Assembly (NCBI GenBank): GCA_944383905.1
Contig: CALWRI010000001.1
Coordinates: 23,766 to 87,765 of the forward strand
Source: an uncultured Christensenellaceae bacterium
GTDB taxonomy: Bacteria > Bacillota > Clostridia > Christensenellales > UBA3700
Reading direction: 5' to 3'
DNA length: 64,000 nt
Shown: one piece after another, positions 49,670 through 60,860 of the stretch
How positions within the stretch are numbered: position 1 is the first letter of the stretch
How the letters are laid out: the number at the start of each line of letters is the position of its first letter
The notes under the pieces: generated by a model
Seen by the model: the letters and a program-made list of their open reading frames with translations, nothing else
What the model was told of the DNA's origin: nothing
The model's database searches: none
Made by a program: the position numbers and the translations under genes

Positions 49670-49945
49670 TTACCTCTCCTGTTTCGCGTATTTTTTCAAC
49701 TCTGCGCGCAGCGCTTTGTCTGTTAATTTGCCTTCCTCGAGCTTCTTTGCAAGATCTTCTCTTTCGTCCGTCCTCGCGAGATGTCTGAACCTCTTGAGCT
49801 TGGGTCCGTCCAGCTTTTTCAGTCTTCCGTCGGATACGAGGCAGAAGTCCTCGCCGACTATTTTGACGACCAGATAGGCTGTGCCCGCGTCGTGGCCGGC
49901 TTTGGATATTGCAACGTCGCCTGTCTTTAAGTTTTCGTATTTCAT
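49670..49945 (-). CDS. KOW-domain-containing small RNA-binding protein
   Basis: 91-aa protein with a KOW-like [13 protein letters not shown] motif, located between map and infA. Confidence 0.7.
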   Translation of the reverse strand: MKYENLKTGDVAISKAGHDAGTAYLVVKIVGEDFCLVSDGRLKKLDGPKLKRFRHLARTDEREDLAKKLEEGKLTDKALRAELKKYAKQER

Positions 49946-49946
49946 A

Positions 49947-50693
49947 TCACAGCGACAGGATATCTACTCCGTCCTCGGTGATCGCGAGTGTGTTTTCGTA
50001 ATGCGCCGACGGTCTTCCGTCCGCGGTCACTACCGTCCATCCGTCGTCCAGCAGGCGCACGTCGTACGTCCCCGCGTTCACCATAGGCTCTACGGCTATC
50101 GTCATATTCGATCTGAGCCTCAAGCCGTGTCCCGCCTTCCCGTAATTGGGTACTTCGGGATCTTCGTGCATATCTGTTCCGATACCGTGTCCGACGAGCG
50201 CCCTGACGACCGAGAAGCCGTTTGCCTCAACGTAGGACTGTATCGCGTGCCCGAGATCTCCCAGCCTTACTCCCTCTCTGAGTATCTTTACTCCTTCAAA
50301 GAAGCTCTGCTTTGTGACCTCTATGAGCCTTTTCTTTTCTTCGGATACCTTTCCTACCGCGAACGTCCTTGCGGCGTCGCCGTTGTATCCCTTGTAAATC
50401 GAGCCGATGTCAACGCTGACTATCTGTCCTTCCTCGATGTATCTCCTCGGCGAAGGTATGCCGTGTACGACCTCTTCGTCTATCGAGATGCACGCGGATG
50501 CGGGATAGCCGTCGTATCCCAGAAACGAAGGGATCGCGTTGCATCCGGTGATGTAATCGTGCGCTATCTTGTCGAGTTGCTTGGTCGTCATGCCCGGCTT
50601 GATCTTTTCTTCGAGAAGATCGAGCGTTTCTCTGACGATCTGATTGGCTTTGCGCATCAACTCGATTTCCTGCGCGGTTTTAACGGTTACCAT
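49947..50693 (-). CDS. map: Type I methionine aminopeptidase
   Basis: Conserved MetAP motifs (VVHGIP, DIG..Y.GY.GD, GHGIG, EPM). Confidence 0.96.
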   Translation of the reverse strand: MVTVKTAQEIELMRKANQIVRETLDLLEEKIKPGMTTKQLDKIAHDYITGCNAIPSFLGYDGYPASACISIDEEVVHGIPSPRRYIEEGQIVSVDIGSIYKGYNGDAARTFAVGKVSEEKKRLIEVTKQSFFEGVKILREGVRLGDLGHAIQSYVEANGFSVVRALVGHGIGTDMHEDPEVPNYGKAGHGLRLRSNMTIAVEPMVNAGTYDVRLLDDGWTVVTADGRPSAHYENTLAITEDGVDILSL

Positions 50694-51309
50694 CGATTAC
50701 CTTTATTATTTCGTCCGTGACTTCCGCCACGTCCTTCATACCGTCCACGTCTTTGAGCACTCCCTTTGCGGAATAATACTCGATGAGCGGAGCGGTCTGC
50801 TTTTCGTAAACCTCGAGTCTCGCCTTGACGGTCTCCTCTTTGTCGTCGTCCCTCTGATAGAGCTTTGCGCCGCATTTGTCGCAAACGTCGGAAGGATGAG
50901 TGGAAACATGATAGCTTTCGCCGCATACGCACATACGTCTGCCGGCTATGCGCGCCACCACCGCGTCGCTGTCGACGGCAATATTGATCGCGAGAGTCAC
51001 GTTTGTGATCTTGTCAAGCGCTTTCGCCTGTTCGATCGTCCTCGGAAACCCGTCGAGAAGATAGCCGTTTTTGCAATCCGCCTCTTTGAGTCTCGCGTCC
51101 ATGACTTTGACGATCACCTCGTCGGGAACGAGAAGGCCTTTGTCGATATAGCTCTTTGCGAGCTTGCCCAGCTCCGTTCCCTCCTTGATGTTCGCTCTCA
51201 ATATGTCTCCCGTCGAAATGTGCGGGATACCGTATTTTTCGGATATTCTCTTTGCCTGCGTGCCCTTGCCTGCGCCGGGCGCGCCCAGAAATACGAGGTT
51301 TTTCATCAT
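50680..51309 (-). CDS. adk: Adenylate kinase (zinc-lid form)
   Basis: P-loop GAPGAGKGTQ. Lid CxxC...CxxC (CVCGESY...CDKCG). Confidence 0.96.
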   Translation of the reverse strand: MMKNLVFLGAPGAGKGTQAKRISEKYGIPHISTGDILRANIKEGTELGKLAKSYIDKGLLVPDEVIVKVMDARLKEADCKNGYLLDGFPRTIEQAKALDKITNVTLAINIAVDSDAVVARIAGRRMCVCGESYHVSTHPSDVCDKCGAKLYQRDDDKEETVKARLEVYEKQTAPLIEYYSAKGVLKDVDGMKDVAEVTDEIIKVIDGNR

Positions 51310-52607
51310 TTCAGGAATCCTTTGTAGTGTCTCATCATTATCTGCGATTCAAGCTGCTTTTCAAGCTCGAGCGCCACGCTGACGATAATCAACATACTCG
51401 TCGCGCTGAACGCGTTGCTGAGTCCGACAGACTTGCCGAGCGCCTGGAAGCCGAACGTCGGAACGATGGCTACGAACGCGAGGAAGAGTGCGCCGAAAAG
51501 CGTGATGCGGCTGTTTATCTTCGCGAGGTATTCGCTGGTCGGCTTGCCGGGTCTTACGCCCTGGATCGTGCCGCCGTACTGCTGCAGGTTTCTCGCAACG
51601 TCTACCGGATTGAACTGGATCTGCGCGTAGAAGTATGCGAAGAATATGATGAAGATGAAAGTGAACAGGTAGTAAACCACAGGAACGCTGCTGTACGGTC
51701 CGAGATATTGGTTGTAGAACAACACTACCTTGTTGTCCGCAGGGAAGAACGAAAGTATCATCTGCGGGAACATCAGGAACGCCGAAGCGAAGATGATGGG
51801 CATGACGCCGCTTCCGTTGACCTTCATCGGGATGTAGGTGGACTGACCGCCGTACATCTTGTTGCCTTTTACCTGCTTTGCGTAGTTGACCTTGATCCTG
51901 CGCTCGCTGCCGTCAATGAAGACGATGAGCAGGAACATGAGGAGCACGAGCAGCAGATAACCGAGAATGTACCAGATGTTTTCTGCGTTTTCGCCGACAG
52001 TCTTGAACGCGCTGATGAGCGAAGAAGCAAAGGATGAAATGATACCGATGAATATAACCATCGAAGAACCGTTGCCGATGCCGTATTCGGTTATTCTTTC
52101 GCTGAGCCACATTACGAACGTGGAGCCTGCGGTCAGAAGCAATATTATGATAGCACCGCTCACCGCTTCGCTGCCGAAGGTTTCTTCGATAGCGCCCGAG
52201 TTGTGGAAGGTTACCACGATACCGATGCCCTGCACAATCGCGAGAAGTATCGCGACGTATCTGGTGATCTGGGTTATCTTTGCGCGACCTTCGTCGCCCT
52301 CTTTGCTCATCCTCTCAAGCGGAGGAATTATCAGGGTCAACAGCTGCATAATAATGAAACTGTTGATAAACGGCAGGATGCCGAGTGCAAACAGCGTACC
52401 GCTTCCGAGCGAACCGCCCGATACGACGTTCATGATCTGCAACAATGTGTTGTTGTCTCCCGTCACGGCGGATTTGACGACTTCAAAGTCGAGTCCCGGG
52501 ACAGGGATATAGCAGCCTATTCTGTACACCAGGAGAAGTCCCAGCGTAATGAATATCTTGATCCTCAAACTTTTGTCTTTGAAAGCGTTAACCAGCGTTT
52601 GCCACAT
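51306..52607 (-). CDS. secY: Preprotein translocase subunit SecY
   Basis: 433-aa, 10-TM protein with conserved SecY sequence, in the canonical position after rplO. Confidence 0.96.
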   Translation of the reverse strand: MWQTLVNAFKDKSLRIKIFITLGLLLVYRIGCYIPVPGLDFEVVKSAVTGDNNTLLQIMNVVSGGSLGSGTLFALGILPFINSFIIMQLLTLIIPPLERMSKEGDEGRAKITQITRYVAILLAIVQGIGIVVTFHNSGAIEETFGSEAVSGAIIILLLTAGSTFVMWLSERITEYGIGNGSSMVIFIGIISSFASSLISAFKTVGENAENIWYILGYLLLVLLMFLLIVFIDGSERRIKVNYAKQVKGNKMYGGQSTYIPMKVNGSGVMPIIFASAFLMFPQMILSFFPADNKVVLFYNQYLGPYSSVPVVYYLFTFIFIIFFAYFYAQIQFNPVDVARNLQQYGGTIQGVRPGKPTSEYLAKINSRITLFGALFLAFVAIVPTFGFQALGKSVGLSNAFSATSMLIIVSVALELEKQLESQIMMRHYKGFLK

Positions 52608-53053
52608 TACAGCACCTCTACTTTGCCACCTGCTTTTTCAATAGCTTCCGCAGCCGACTTCGTGAATTTGTTTGCGCGGACGGTGAGCTTTTTGGTGAGC
52701 TCGCCCTTGCCCAGTACTTTTACGCCATAGTCCTCGACCTTGCTCAGAACGCCGTTCTCGAGGAGTGCCTGTGCGTCTACGACAGCGCCGTCGTCGAACT
52801 TATCCTGCAGATCGCAGACGTTGACGATGGAATACTGCTTCTTGAAATAGTTGTTGAAACCTCTTTTGGGGATCCTTCTGACGAGTGGCATCTGACCGCC
52901 TTCAAAGCCGGGTCTGACGCCGCCGCCACTTCTCGCCCACTGTCCCTTGTGACCCTTACCGGAAGTCTTTCCGAGACCGGAACCGATACCTCTGCCGAGT
53001 CTTCTGGGAGCTTTCTTTGCGCCCTGCGCGGGTGCCATTTCGTGTAATTTCAT
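52607..53053 (-). CDS. rplO: 50S ribosomal protein L15
   Basis: [38 protein letters not shown]. Start at the ATG at 53053 after GGAG. Confidence 0.96.
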   Translation of the reverse strand: MKLHEMAPAQGAKKAPRRLGRGIGSGLGKTSGKGHKGQWARSGGGVRPGFEGGQMPLVRRIPKRGFNNYFKKQYSIVNVCDLQDKFDDGAVVDAQALLENGVLSKVEDYGVKVLGKGELTKKLTVRANKFTKSAAEAIEKAGGKVEVL

Positions 53054-53064
53054 AGCCTGTCTCC

Positions 53065-53244
53065 TTATGCCTCTTCGACCTTTACGAGGTGGCTGACAAC
53101 CTTTATCATGCCTTTCGTGCAGTCGTTGTCGGGTACGACGTTGGAGGTGCCGACTTTCTTGAGTCCGAGCGCCTCGACGGTCGCCTTCTGCTTCTTGGTG
53201 CAACTGATCGTGCTCTTTGCGAGAGTTACTTTGATATTAGCCAT
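53065..53244 (-). CDS. rpmD: 50S ribosomal protein L30 (59 aa, missing from the ORF track)
   Basis: Hand translation gives [59 protein letters not shown]. Confidence 0.93.
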   Translation of the reverse strand: MANIKVTLAKSTISCTKKQKATVEALGLKKVGTSNVVPDNDCTKGMIKVVSHLVKVEEA

Positions 53245-53257
53245 CTTTTTGCCCTCC

Positions 53258-53773
53258 TTAACCCAGAATTTCCTCGACGGTCTTGCCGCGCAGCGCAGCT
53301 ACCTGCTCGATCGTCTTGAGTTTCTTGAGCGCGTCCATCGTCGCTTTTACGCAGTTGATGGGGTTGTTGCTTCCGAGAGATTTGGTGCGGATGTCTTTGA
53401 TGCCCGATACCTCGAGGATCGCACGGACGGGACCGCCCGCTATAACTCCGGTACCTTCGCTTGCCGGCATGATCACGACTTTCGCGCTGCCGAACTCGCC
53501 GATCGCTTCGTGAGGAATGGTCGTGCCCACGAGAGACACCTGAACCATGTTGCGCTTTGCGTCTGCAGTCGCCTTGCGGATAGCTTCGGGGATCTCTGCC
53601 GCCTTACCGGTGCCGATACCCAGCATACCCTTGCCGTCGCCTACTACCATAAGCGCTGCGAGTCTCATCGTTCTGCCGCCTTTGACGACCTTGGTAACGC
53701 GTCTGACCGCAATCAGCTTGTTGAGCATTTCGTCTCTTTCGCTGTTCTGAAATTTATTTTCCTTCTTAGCCAT
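53258..53773 (-). CDS. rpsE: 30S ribosomal protein S5
   Basis: Conserved S5 sequence ([20 protein letters not shown]). Confidence 0.97.
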   Translation of the reverse strand: MAKKENKFQNSERDEMLNKLIAVRRVTKVVKGGRTMRLAALMVVGDGKGMLGIGTGKAAEIPEAIRKATADAKRNMVQVSLVGTTIPHEAIGEFGSAKVVIMPASEGTGVIAGGPVRAILEVSGIKDIRTKSLGSNNPINCVKATMDALKKLKTIEQVAALRGKTVEEILG

Positions 53774-53787
53774 TTTCGTTCCTCCGA

Positions 53788-54156
53788 TTAGAATTTGAGA
53801 CCGGCTTCTCTTGCGCCGTCCGCAACCATCTTGACGCGTCCCGTGTAGAGGTAACCGCCTCTATCGAATACGACGTCGGTGATGCCTGCAGCGAGAGCCT
53901 TTTCAGCGACCTTGCCGCCGACGTATTTCGCCGCTTCGCACTTGGTCATCTTTTCTACCTCTTTGACTACGTCCTTGTCCAGCGTGGAGCAGGAAACGAG
54001 GGTGTTGCCCTTTACGTCGTCAATGATCTGTACGGAGATATTGTTCGTGCTTCTGTACACGTTGAAACGCGGTCTTTCCGCCGTGCCGCTTATCTTGGCG
54101 CGGATTCTCTTGTGTCTCTTTTGTCTGATAGCGTTTTTATCAATATTCTTTATCAT
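53788..54156 (-). CDS. rplR: 50S ribosomal protein L18
   Basis: Conserved L18 sequence ([43 protein letters not shown]). Confidence 0.97.
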   Translation of the reverse strand: MIKNIDKNAIRQKRHKRIRAKISGTAERPRFNVYRSTNNISVQIIDDVKGNTLVSCSTLDKDVVKEVEKMTKCEAAKYVGGKVAEKALAAGITDVVFDRGGYLYTGRVKMVADGAREAGLKF

Positions 54157-54169
54157 ATCCTACTCCTTA

Positions 54170-54712
54170 TTACTTCGTGCCCTTCTTGCCTTCCTTGCGT
54201 GCGATCACCTCGTCGCTGTAACGGATGCCGTATGCGTGATAGGGATCGGGTTTGCGAAGCGATCTGATGTTGGCTGCGATCTGTCCGACCTTTTCGTTGT
54301 CGATACCCTTTACGACGATGTCTTTTTCGGAAGGAACTTCAAGCGTGATGCCGTCTTCTTCCGCGACTTCGATATTGTGAGAGTATCCTATGCTCAACAC
54401 GACCTTGTTGCCCTGCTTGACGACTCTGTAACCGACGCCGTTGACCACAAGACCCTTCTGGAATTCCTTGGTAACGCCCTCGACCATGTTGGCGATGAGC
54501 TTGCGGTAAAGACCGTGCTTGGATTTGATTTCTTTTTCGTCGCTGTTTCTCGTGCATACGACGTGACCGTTTTCGACCTTGACGGTGATGCACTTGTCGA
54601 CCTGTCTCGAAAGAGTGCCCTTGGGTCCCTTTACGGTTACGAGGTTTTCGGGAGAAACCGTTACTTCAACGCCCTGGGGAAGGACGACGGGAAGTCTACC
54701 AATTCTCGACAT
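54170..54712 (-). CDS. rplF: 50S ribosomal protein L6
   Basis: MSRIGRLPVVLPQGVEV N-terminus. Confidence 0.97.
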   Translation of the reverse strand: MSRIGRLPVVLPQGVEVTVSPENLVTVKGPKGTLSRQVDKCITVKVENGHVVCTRNSDEKEIKSKHGLYRKLIANMVEGVTKEFQKGLVVNGVGYRVVKQGNKVVLSIGYSHNIEVAEEDGITLEVPSEKDIVVKGIDNEKVGQIAANIRSLRKPDPYHAYGIRYSDEVIARKEGKKGTK

Positions 54713-54725
54713 ATCTCTATCCTCC

Positions 54726-55124
54726 TTACCAGACGTACGCCAGCACTTCGCCGCCGACGTGTTGTGCTCTCGCTTCCTTGTCGGTCATAACGCCCTTGGA
54801 AGTGGAAACGATCGCAATGCCAAGACCTCCCAGCACTTTGGGAAGTTTGTCCGAAGAAGCGTATACGCGCAGACCGGGTTTGGATATTCTCTTGATACCG
54901 GTGATTACGCGCTCCTTCTTCGCGCCGTATTTAAGATTTACTTTCATAACACTTTGAACACCGCTTTCGACAAGCTCGACGCTCTCGAGATACCCCTCTC
55001 TGACAAGGATGTCCGCAATGGACTTCTTGATCTTGGAATAGGGAACCTCGACGCTGTCGTGTCTCGCAACGAGACCGTTGCGGATACGGGTGAGCATGTC
55101 TGCGATAGGATCAGTTATCATCAT
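54726..55124 (-). CDS. rpsH: 30S ribosomal protein S8
   Basis: [13 protein letters not shown] motif. Confidence 0.97.
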   Translation of the reverse strand: MMITDPIADMLTRIRNGLVARHDSVEVPYSKIKKSIADILVREGYLESVELVESGVQSVMKVNLKYGAKKERVITGIKRISKPGLRVYASSDKLPKVLGGLGIAIVSTSKGVMTDKEARAQHVGGEVLAYVW

Positions 55125-55142
55125 AGTCTGTATTTCCTCCGA

Positions 55143-55328
55143 TTACCAGCTGGATTTCTTGACTCCGGGGATCTCGCCCTTGTAAGCGAGCTCTCTGAAG
55201 CAAATTCTGCAAATGCCGTACTTTCTCAAAACCGCGTGCGGTCTGCCGCATATCTTGCATCTCGTGTATGCCCTGGTCGAGAACTTGGGAGCCTTTTGCT
55301 GCTTGTTTATCATAGCTTTCTTTGCCAT
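55143..55328 (-). CDS. rpsN: 30S ribosomal protein S14 type Z (zinc form)
   Basis: 61 aa with CKICGRP...CRICFRE. Confidence 0.96.
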   Translation of the reverse strand: MAKKAMINKQQKAPKFSTRAYTRCKICGRPHAVLRKYGICRICFRELAYKGEIPGVKKSSW

Positions 55329-55341
55329 TATTGTGTCCTCC

Positions 55342-55899
55342 TTACTTTACAAAGGGTACGCCGAGAAGCGTGAGAAGTTCTTTTGCTTCCGCGTCCGTCT
55401 TTGCGGTCGTTACGAAACAAACGTCAAATCCCCTGATCTTTTCGATCTTGTCGTACTGGATCTCCGGGAAGATGAGCTGTTCCTTAACGCCCATAGCGTA
55501 GTTGCCGCGTCCGTCGAACGAATCTGCGGGAACGCCTTTGAAGTCTCTGACTCTGGGGAGCGCGACGGAGATGAGCTTGTCCATGAAGTCGTACATCTTC
55601 GCGCCTCTCAAAGTAACTTTGGCTCCGATAACCATGCCCTCTCTGACTTTGAAGTTCGCAACGCTCTTCTTCGCCTTGGTCAGAACGGGTGCCTGACCTG
55701 CGATCGCCTTGAGTTCTTCCACAGCCAGCTGGAGGCTCTTGCTGTTGTCCTTTACGTCTCCGAGTCCCATGTTGAGGACGATCTTTTCGAGGCGAGGAAC
55801 TTCGTTGATATTCTTGTACGCGAATTTCTTTTCAAGAGCGGGTACGACCTCTTTCTTGTAAAGTTCCGCAATTCTGTAAACTCTTTTCTCTTCTGCCAC
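55342..55899 (-). CDS. rplE: 50S ribosomal protein L5
   Basis: Conserved L5 sequence ([14 protein letters not shown]). Confidence 0.97.
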   Translation of the reverse strand: MAEEKRVYRIAELYKKEVVPALEKKFAYKNINEVPRLEKIVLNMGLGDVKDNSKSLQLAVEELKAIAGQAPVLTKAKKSVANFKVREGMVIGAKVTLRGAKMYDFMDKLISVALPRVRDFKGVPADSFDGRGNYAMGVKEQLIFPEIQYDKIEKIRGFDVCFVTTAKTDAEAKELLTLLGVPFVK

Positions 55900-55913
55900 A
55901 GTAGGGTCCTCCG

Positions 55914-56351
55914 TCAGTTATTCTCGGCTTCTGCCGCTTTGTCGGCCTTCTTGGTCGCCTTCTTTGCAGTTTTAGCGCCCTTCTTTGCCGTTGCTTTTGC
56001 CTTGGACTTGCTCACGTTGTCGAGGCTCGCGCCGCACTTCTTGCAAACGCGCTCTTTGACGGACTTGCCGTTCTCGTCCTTGACTACGTTGTGAGCAACC
56101 TTGGTGGTCTTGCCGCACGCGGGGCAGATGATCATGACGTTGGAAACGTCGATCGCTCTTTCTCTCTCGACGATGCCGCCCTTCTCCTGCGCGTTGCGCG
56201 GTTTGACGAAATGCTTTTCGGTCTTGAGTCCTTCGCCTTTGACTACGACTCTGCCGGACTTGGTGTCGACGTTGTCGATCTGACCCGTCTTGCCCTTGTC
56301 GCAACCCGCGATAATCTTTACCGCGTCGCCTTTTTTAACGTTCATACTCAT
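55914..56351 (-). CDS. rplX: 50S ribosomal protein L24 (145 aa, with CxxC..CxxC pair and Lys/Ala-rich tail)
   Basis: KOW motif [20 protein letters not shown]-terminal CPACG...CKKCG followed by the tail [32 protein letters not shown]. Confidence 0.93.
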   Translation of the reverse strand: MSMNVKKGDAVKIIAGCDKGKTGQIDNVDTKSGRVVVKGEGLKTEKHFVKPRNAQEKGGIVERERAIDVSNVMIICPACGKTTKVAHNVVKDENGKSVKERVCKKCGASLDNVSKSKAKATAKKGAKTAKKATKKADKAAEAENN

Positions 56352-56364
56352 TTCGCTGTCCTCC

Positions 56365-56733
56365 TCAAATAACCTCGGGTGCGAGGGAGATAATCTTCAT
56401 ATAGTTCTTGTCACGAAGCTCTCTCGCGATAGGTCCGAAGATACGCGTACCTCTGGGTTGCTTCTGATTGTCGATTATTACCGCCGCGTTGTCATCGAAT
56501 CTGATGTAGGAACCGTCCTTTCTTCTGACGCCCTTGCTCGTTCTGACGATGACCGCCTTTACCACTTCACCCTTCTTGACGGTGCCTCCGGGAATAGCGC
56601 TCTGTACTGCCGCGACGATGACGTCGCCGATGTTTCCGCTTCTGCGGAAAGATCCGCCCAGCACTCTGATGCACTTGATTTCCTTCGCTCCGGAGTTGTC
56701 CGCTACGTTTAATCTGCTTTCCGGTTGTATCAT
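56365..56733 (-). CDS. rplN: 50S ribosomal protein L14
   Basis: [27 protein letters not shown]. Start at the ATG at 56733 after GGAGG. Confidence 0.97.
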   Translation of the reverse strand: MIQPESRLNVADNSGAKEIKCIRVLGGSFRRSGNIGDVIVAAVQSAIPGGTVKKGEVVKAVIVRTSKGVRRKDGSYIRFDDNAAVIIDNQKQPRGTRIFGPIARELRDKNYMKIISLAPEVI

Positions 56734-56747
56734 TGTGGTGCCTCCTA

Positions 56748-57002
56748 TTACTTCGCCTTTTCGATGATTTCGACGACTCTCCAGCACTTATCCTTGCTGA
56801 TCGGTCTGGTCTCCGCTACGAGGACCTTGTCGCCGATACCGCAGGAATTGCTTTCGTCGTGAGCCTTGAGCTTCTTCGTCCTGTTGACGATTTTGCCGTA
56901 AAGAGGATGCTTAACACGCTCTCTGATAGCCACAACGACCGTCTTTTCCATCTTGTCGCTTACTACTATACCGACTCTGCTTTTTCTCAAATTTCTTTCC
57001 AT
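56748..57002 (-). CDS. rpsQ: 30S ribosomal protein S17
   Basis: [24 protein letters not shown]. Start at the ATG at 57002 after GGAGGA. Confidence 0.96.
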   Translation of the reverse strand: MERNLRKSRVGIVVSDKMEKTVVVAIRERVKHPLYGKIVNRTKKLKAHDESNSCGIGDKVLVAETRPISKDKCWRVVEIIEKAK

Positions 57003-57016
57003 GTCGTTTATCCTCC

Positions 57017-57253
57017 TCATTTAGCCGCCTTTTTGGACTTTGCCTTGGTCGGCTCTGCGGATATGCCCAGCTCTCTCTGACGGATGATCGTCATGCACTT
57101 TGCAATGTCTTTTCTGCAGGTCCTGATCTGGCTGTTGTTCTCCAGGTTGCCGGACTTGTGCTTGAAACGAAGGTTGAGCAGATCCTGCTTGAGGCTGACG
57201 AGCTTTACCTGAAGCTCTTCGTTTGTCATTTCCATAAAATTAGTTGCTTTCAT
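57017..57253 (-). CDS. rpmC: 50S ribosomal protein L29
   Basis: [21 protein letters not shown] motif. Overlaps the rplP 3' end by 14 nt. Confidence 0.93.
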   Translation of the reverse strand: MKATNFMEMTNEELQVKLVSLKQDLLNLRFKHKSGNLENNSQIRTCRKDIAKCMTIIRQRELGISAEPTKAKSKKAAK

Positions 57254-57686
57254 CTTCGTTCACCTCTTCTCCGCTTTCTTCGCCTTTCTTGACGAATTTG
57301 CACTTTATCGGGAGTTTGTGCGACGCAAGGCGCAGCGCCTCTCTCGCGATCTCTTCGGTTACGCCCGCCATCTCGAACATGACTCTGCCCGGCTTGACGA
57401 CCGCTACCCAATATTCTACGCTACCTTTACCGCTACCCATTCTGGTCTCCGCGGGCTTCTTCGTGACAGGCTTGTGGGGGAAGATATCGATCCACACCTG
57501 ACCGCCTCTCTTGATGTATCTCGTCATTGCGATACGAGCCGCTTCGATCTGATTGGAGGTAATCCAGCTCGGCTCGAGGGCTACGAGTCCGTATTCGCCG
57601 TAAGCGATCTTGTTACCCTTGTTAGCCTTGCCGCTGAGTCTGCCGCGATGAACGCGACGTCTCTTTACTCTTTTGGGCATTAACAT
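57240..57686 (-). CDS. rplP: 50S ribosomal protein L16
   Basis: [17 protein letters not shown]-terminus. Confidence 0.97.
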   Translation of the reverse strand: MLMPKRVKRRRVHRGRLSGKANKGNKIAYGEYGLVALEPSWITSNQIEAARIAMTRYIKRGGQVWIDIFPHKPVTKKPAETRMGSGKGSVEYWVAVVKPGRVMFEMAGVTEEIAREALRLASHKLPIKCKFVKKGEESGEEVNEDESN

Positions 57687-58366
57687 TATGCGTTACCTCC
57701 TTCGTTATTTCCTGCGCCGGTCTTTCCGATGACCTCGCCCTTGTAGACCCATACTTTGATACCGATGATACCGAAAGTGGTGTGTGCCTCCGCAAAGCCG
57801 TAATCGATGTCCGCACGGAGCGTCTGAAGAGGAATGGATCCCTCGTGATACTGCTCGCGTTTTGCGATCTCGACGCCGTCGAGTCTGCCGGAAGCCATTG
57901 CCTTTACACCCTTTGCGCCCGCTTTGATCGCACGGGTGATCGCCTGCTTCATAACGCGCTTGTAAGACATACGCTTTTCAAGCTGTGCAGCGATGCTTTC
58001 CGCAACGAGCTGCGCGTCGGTGTCCGGTCTCTTGACCTCGTATACGTTGACGTTGATCTCCTTTCCGGGGACGACGGAGTTGAGCTCTTTGACGATCTGC
58101 TCCACGCCCGTGCCCTGCTTGCCGATGAGAACGCCCGGCTTGCCGGTGTATATATTGACGGTGATTATCTCCGTCTTGGAAGAACGTACTCTCGAGATCG
58201 TTACCTTGGAGATCGAACAGGTGTAATACTGCTTCTTGATGAAGTTTCTTATTTTGTTGTCTTCGATAAGATAGTCCGAAAAATTCTTCTTATCCGCGTA
58301 CCATTGAGCTTCCCAGTCTTTGATAACGCCTACTCTCATTCCGTTGGGACTGACTTTCTGACCCAT
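57686..58366 (-). CDS. rpsC: 30S ribosomal protein S3
   Basis: [15 protein letters not shown]-terminus. KH domain. Confidence 0.97.
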   Translation of the reverse strand: MGQKVSPNGMRVGVIKDWEAQWYADKKNFSDYLIEDNKIRNFIKKQYYTCSISKVTISRVRSSKTEIITVNIYTGKPGVLIGKQGTGVEQIVKELNSVVPGKEINVNVYEVKRPDTDAQLVAESIAAQLEKRMSYKRVMKQAITRAIKAGAKGVKAMASGRLDGVEIAKREQYHEGSIPLQTLRADIDYGFAEAHTTFGIIGIKVWVYKGEVIGKTGAGNNEGGNA

Positions 58367-58381
58367 GTTGCTGACCTCCTT

Positions 58382-58771
58382 TTACTTCTCCATCACGTCG
58401 AGAACGACGGTGATGTGACTGGTGCGTTTGTTGATTCTTGCCGCGCTGCCCTTCGCTCTGGGTCTGATCCTCTTGAGTATCGGACCCGCGTTTGCATAGC
58501 ACTCTGCGACGTAAAGGTCGCTCTTGCTGAGGCTCAGATTGTTCTCTGCGTTTGCCGCAGCGGAGTTGAGCACTTTGAGGAGAGGCTCGCAAGCCGCTTT
58601 CTGCGTGTTGGTGAGGATAGCGACTGCGTCCGTGTACTTCGTGCCGCGGATGATGTCGAGGACGATCCTGACCTTATCGGGAGAGATCCTGACGTACTTC
58701 GCAACCGCTCTGGGACGCTTGTCTGCGTTTTCCTGACGGATAGCAGCTTTTTCTCTTATTCTTTTTGCCAT
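58382..58771 (-). CDS. rplV: 50S ribosomal protein L22
   Basis: Conserved L22 sequence (ISPDKVRIVLDIIRG). Confidence 0.96.
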   Translation of the reverse strand: MAKRIREKAAIRQENADKRPRAVAKYVRISPDKVRIVLDIIRGTKYTDAVAILTNTQKAACEPLLKVLNSAAANAENNLSLSKSDLYVAECYANAGPILKRIRPRAKGSAARINKRTSHITVVLDVMEK

Positions 58772-58787
58772 TTCTGTCTGCCTCCTC

Positions 58788-59066
58788 TTACTTCTTTCCG
58801 GTGGTCTTCTCGCCGGCGTGACCCTTGAACGTACGGGTCGGAGCGAACTCGCCCAGCTTGCAACCTACCATATCTTCCGTAACGTATACGGGAACGTGTT
58901 TTCTGCCGTCGTGAACCGCAATCGTGTGACCAACCATATCGGGGAAGATCGTGGAAGCGCGGGACCAGGTCTTGACGACCTTTTTCTCGTTCTTCTCGTT
59001 CATTGCGACGATTCTTTTGATAAGCCTTTCTTCTACGAAAGGTCCTTTCTTTACCGATCTACTCAT
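58788..59066 (-). CDS. rpsS: 30S ribosomal protein S19
   Basis: [12 protein letters not shown]-terminus. [17 protein letters not shown]. Confidence 0.97.
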   Translation of the reverse strand: MSRSVKKGPFVEERLIKRIVAMNEKNEKKVVKTWSRASTIFPDMVGHTIAVHDGRKHVPVYVTEDMVGCKLGEFAPTRTFKGHAGEKTTGKK

Positions 59067-59080
59067 CTTTCAATCCTCCG

Positions 59081-59902
59081 TTAGTTGATACGCTTGATTA
59101 TGAACTTGTTGCTCTTGTTCTTCTTTCTGGTCTTGTAACCCAGAGTGGGAACGCCCCACGGGGTAACAGGACTGGGCATACCGATAGGCGACTTGCCCTC
59201 ACCACCGCCGTGCGGGTGGTCGCAGGGGTTCATAACCACACCTCTTACGGTCGGCTTGACGCCCATATGACGTTTGCGTCCCGCCTTACCGATGCTGACG
59301 ATCTCGTGATCGAGATTGCCGACCTGACCGATCGTTGCCTTGCACTTGATGGGGATGTATCTCATCTCGCCGCTGGGCATACGGAGTATCGCGTACTTGC
59401 CTTCTTTCGCCATGAGCTGCGCTGCGTTGCCCGCCGCTCTCGCGATCTGACCGCCCTTGCCGGGGTGCATCTCGATGTTGTGTATCATCGTACCTACGGG
59501 GATCTTCTCAAGGGGAAGACTGTTGCCCGTCTTGATGTCCGCGTTCTCGCCGCTGACTACGACGTCGCCCTTGTTGAGTCCGACGGGAGCGAGAATGTAT
59601 CTCTTTTCGCCGTCCGCGTAGTGAAGGAGCGCGATGTTTGCGCTGCGGTTGGGATCGTATTCGATAGAAGCGACCTTTGCGGGTACGTTGTCCTTATTGC
59701 GCTTGAAGTCGATGATACGGTATTTGTTGCGGTTTCCGCCGCCGATATGTCTTACCGTGATCCTGCCGTTTGCGTTTCTGCCGCCCGTTTTGTTCTTGCT
59801 CTCGAGCAAGCTCCTTTCGGGGGTGGTCGTCGTGATCTCGCTGAAAGCCGAGGTCGTCATGAAACGACGTGCGGGAGAAGTCGGTTTGTATCTCTTTATC
59901 AT
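59081..59902 (-). CDS. rplB: 50S ribosomal protein L2
   Basis: Conserved L2 sequence ([23 protein letters not shown]). Confidence 0.97.
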   Translation of the reverse strand: MIKRYKPTSPARRFMTTSAFSEITTTTPERSLLESKNKTGGRNANGRITVRHIGGGNRNKYRIIDFKRNKDNVPAKVASIEYDPNRSANIALLHYADGEKRYILAPVGLNKGDVVVSGENADIKTGNSLPLEKIPVGTMIHNIEMHPGKGGQIARAAGNAAQLMAKEGKYAILRMPSGEMRYIPIKCKATIGQVGNLDHEIVSIGKAGRKRHMGVKPTVRGVVMNPCDHPHGGGEGKSPIGMPSPVTPWGVPTLGYKTRKKNKSNKFIIKRIN

Positions 59903-59917
59903 ATCCTTATCCTCCTA

Positions 59918-60208
59918 TCAGGTCAAACTCTCGAAGAACTCGATGGGTTTGCTGTCTGCCTTGAGCTGAACGATAGCTTTTTTGAAAGCTGCGGTCTTGC
60001 CTTCGTTCCTGCCCATTCTCTTGGTCTTGCCGTCGTAGTTGGAGGTGTTGACCTTTTCAACCTTGACGCCGAAGATGTCCTCGATTGCTACCTTTATCTG
60101 CGTTTTTGTCGCCCTTTTGTCGACTTTGAAAGTGTACTTCTTGGACTGGATGCCGTCGAAGCTCTTTTCACTCATGAGAGGGCTGACGATGATGTCGTAT
60201 TTGTTCAT
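59918..60208 (-). CDS. rplW: 50S ribosomal protein L23
   Basis: Conserved L23 sequence. Canonical position between rplD and rplB. Confidence 0.95.
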   Translation of the reverse strand: MNKYDIIVSPLMSEKSFDGIQSKKYTFKVDKRATKTQIKVAIEDIFGVKVEKVNTSNYDGKTKRMGRNEGKTAAFKKAIVQLKADSKPIEFFESLT

Positions 60209-60849
60209 TGCTCAACTACCTCCTCTTCGGTGCAGTACGCTTTTTCGATCGCTTCGACCGCGTCTTTCGTTGCTATGCACTTTGCGTTTGCCGCAAGGTC
60301 GTATACGTTGACGAGATCTGCGTTGATGACAGTCAGGTTGGCGATGTTTGCGCTTGCTCTCAAAATGTTTTCGTCATTGCCGGAAACAACGAGAAGAACC
60401 TTGGTGTCTATGCCGAAATTCTTGAGGATCGCAGCCATAAGTCTGGTCTTGCCTTCCTTGAGCTCCAGTTCCTTGATCACGATGAAATCGTTGTCTGCGA
60501 CTTTTGCGCTCAGAGCGCTGACCGTCGCCGCTCTCTTCATCTTCTTGTTGATCTTCTGCGAGAAATCTCTCTGCTTGGGAGCGAAGACTACGCCGCCGCC
60601 GGTCCACTGCGGGCTGCGGATAGAACCCTGTCTCGCGCGTCCGGTGCCTTTCTGTCTCCAGGGCTTGATGCCGCCGCCTCTCACTTCGCTGCGGGTAAGC
60701 GTGCTCTTGTTGCCCTGTCTCTTGTTTGCCATCTGTGCGACGACGACCTGGTGTACGAGCGGCTCGTTGTATTCCTGACCGAATACCGCGTCGGACAGTT
60801 CCATCGTGCCGACTTTCTTCGCACTTATATCAAAAACGTCTACTTTCAT
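60205..60849 (-). CDS. rplD: 50S ribosomal protein L4
   Basis: Conserved L4 sequence (KPWRQKGTGRARQGSIRSPQW). Confidence 0.97.
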   Translation of the reverse strand: MKVDVFDISAKKVGTMELSDAVFGQEYNEPLVHQVVVAQMANKRQGNKSTLTRSEVRGGGIKPWRQKGTGRARQGSIRSPQWTGGGVVFAPKQRDFSQKINKKMKRAATVSALSAKVADNDFIVIKELELKEGKTRLMAAILKNFGIDTKVLLVVSGNDENILRASANIANLTVINADLVNVYDLAANAKCIATKDAVEAIEKAYCTEEEVVEQ

Positions 60850-60860
60850 TTCGTTTCTCC

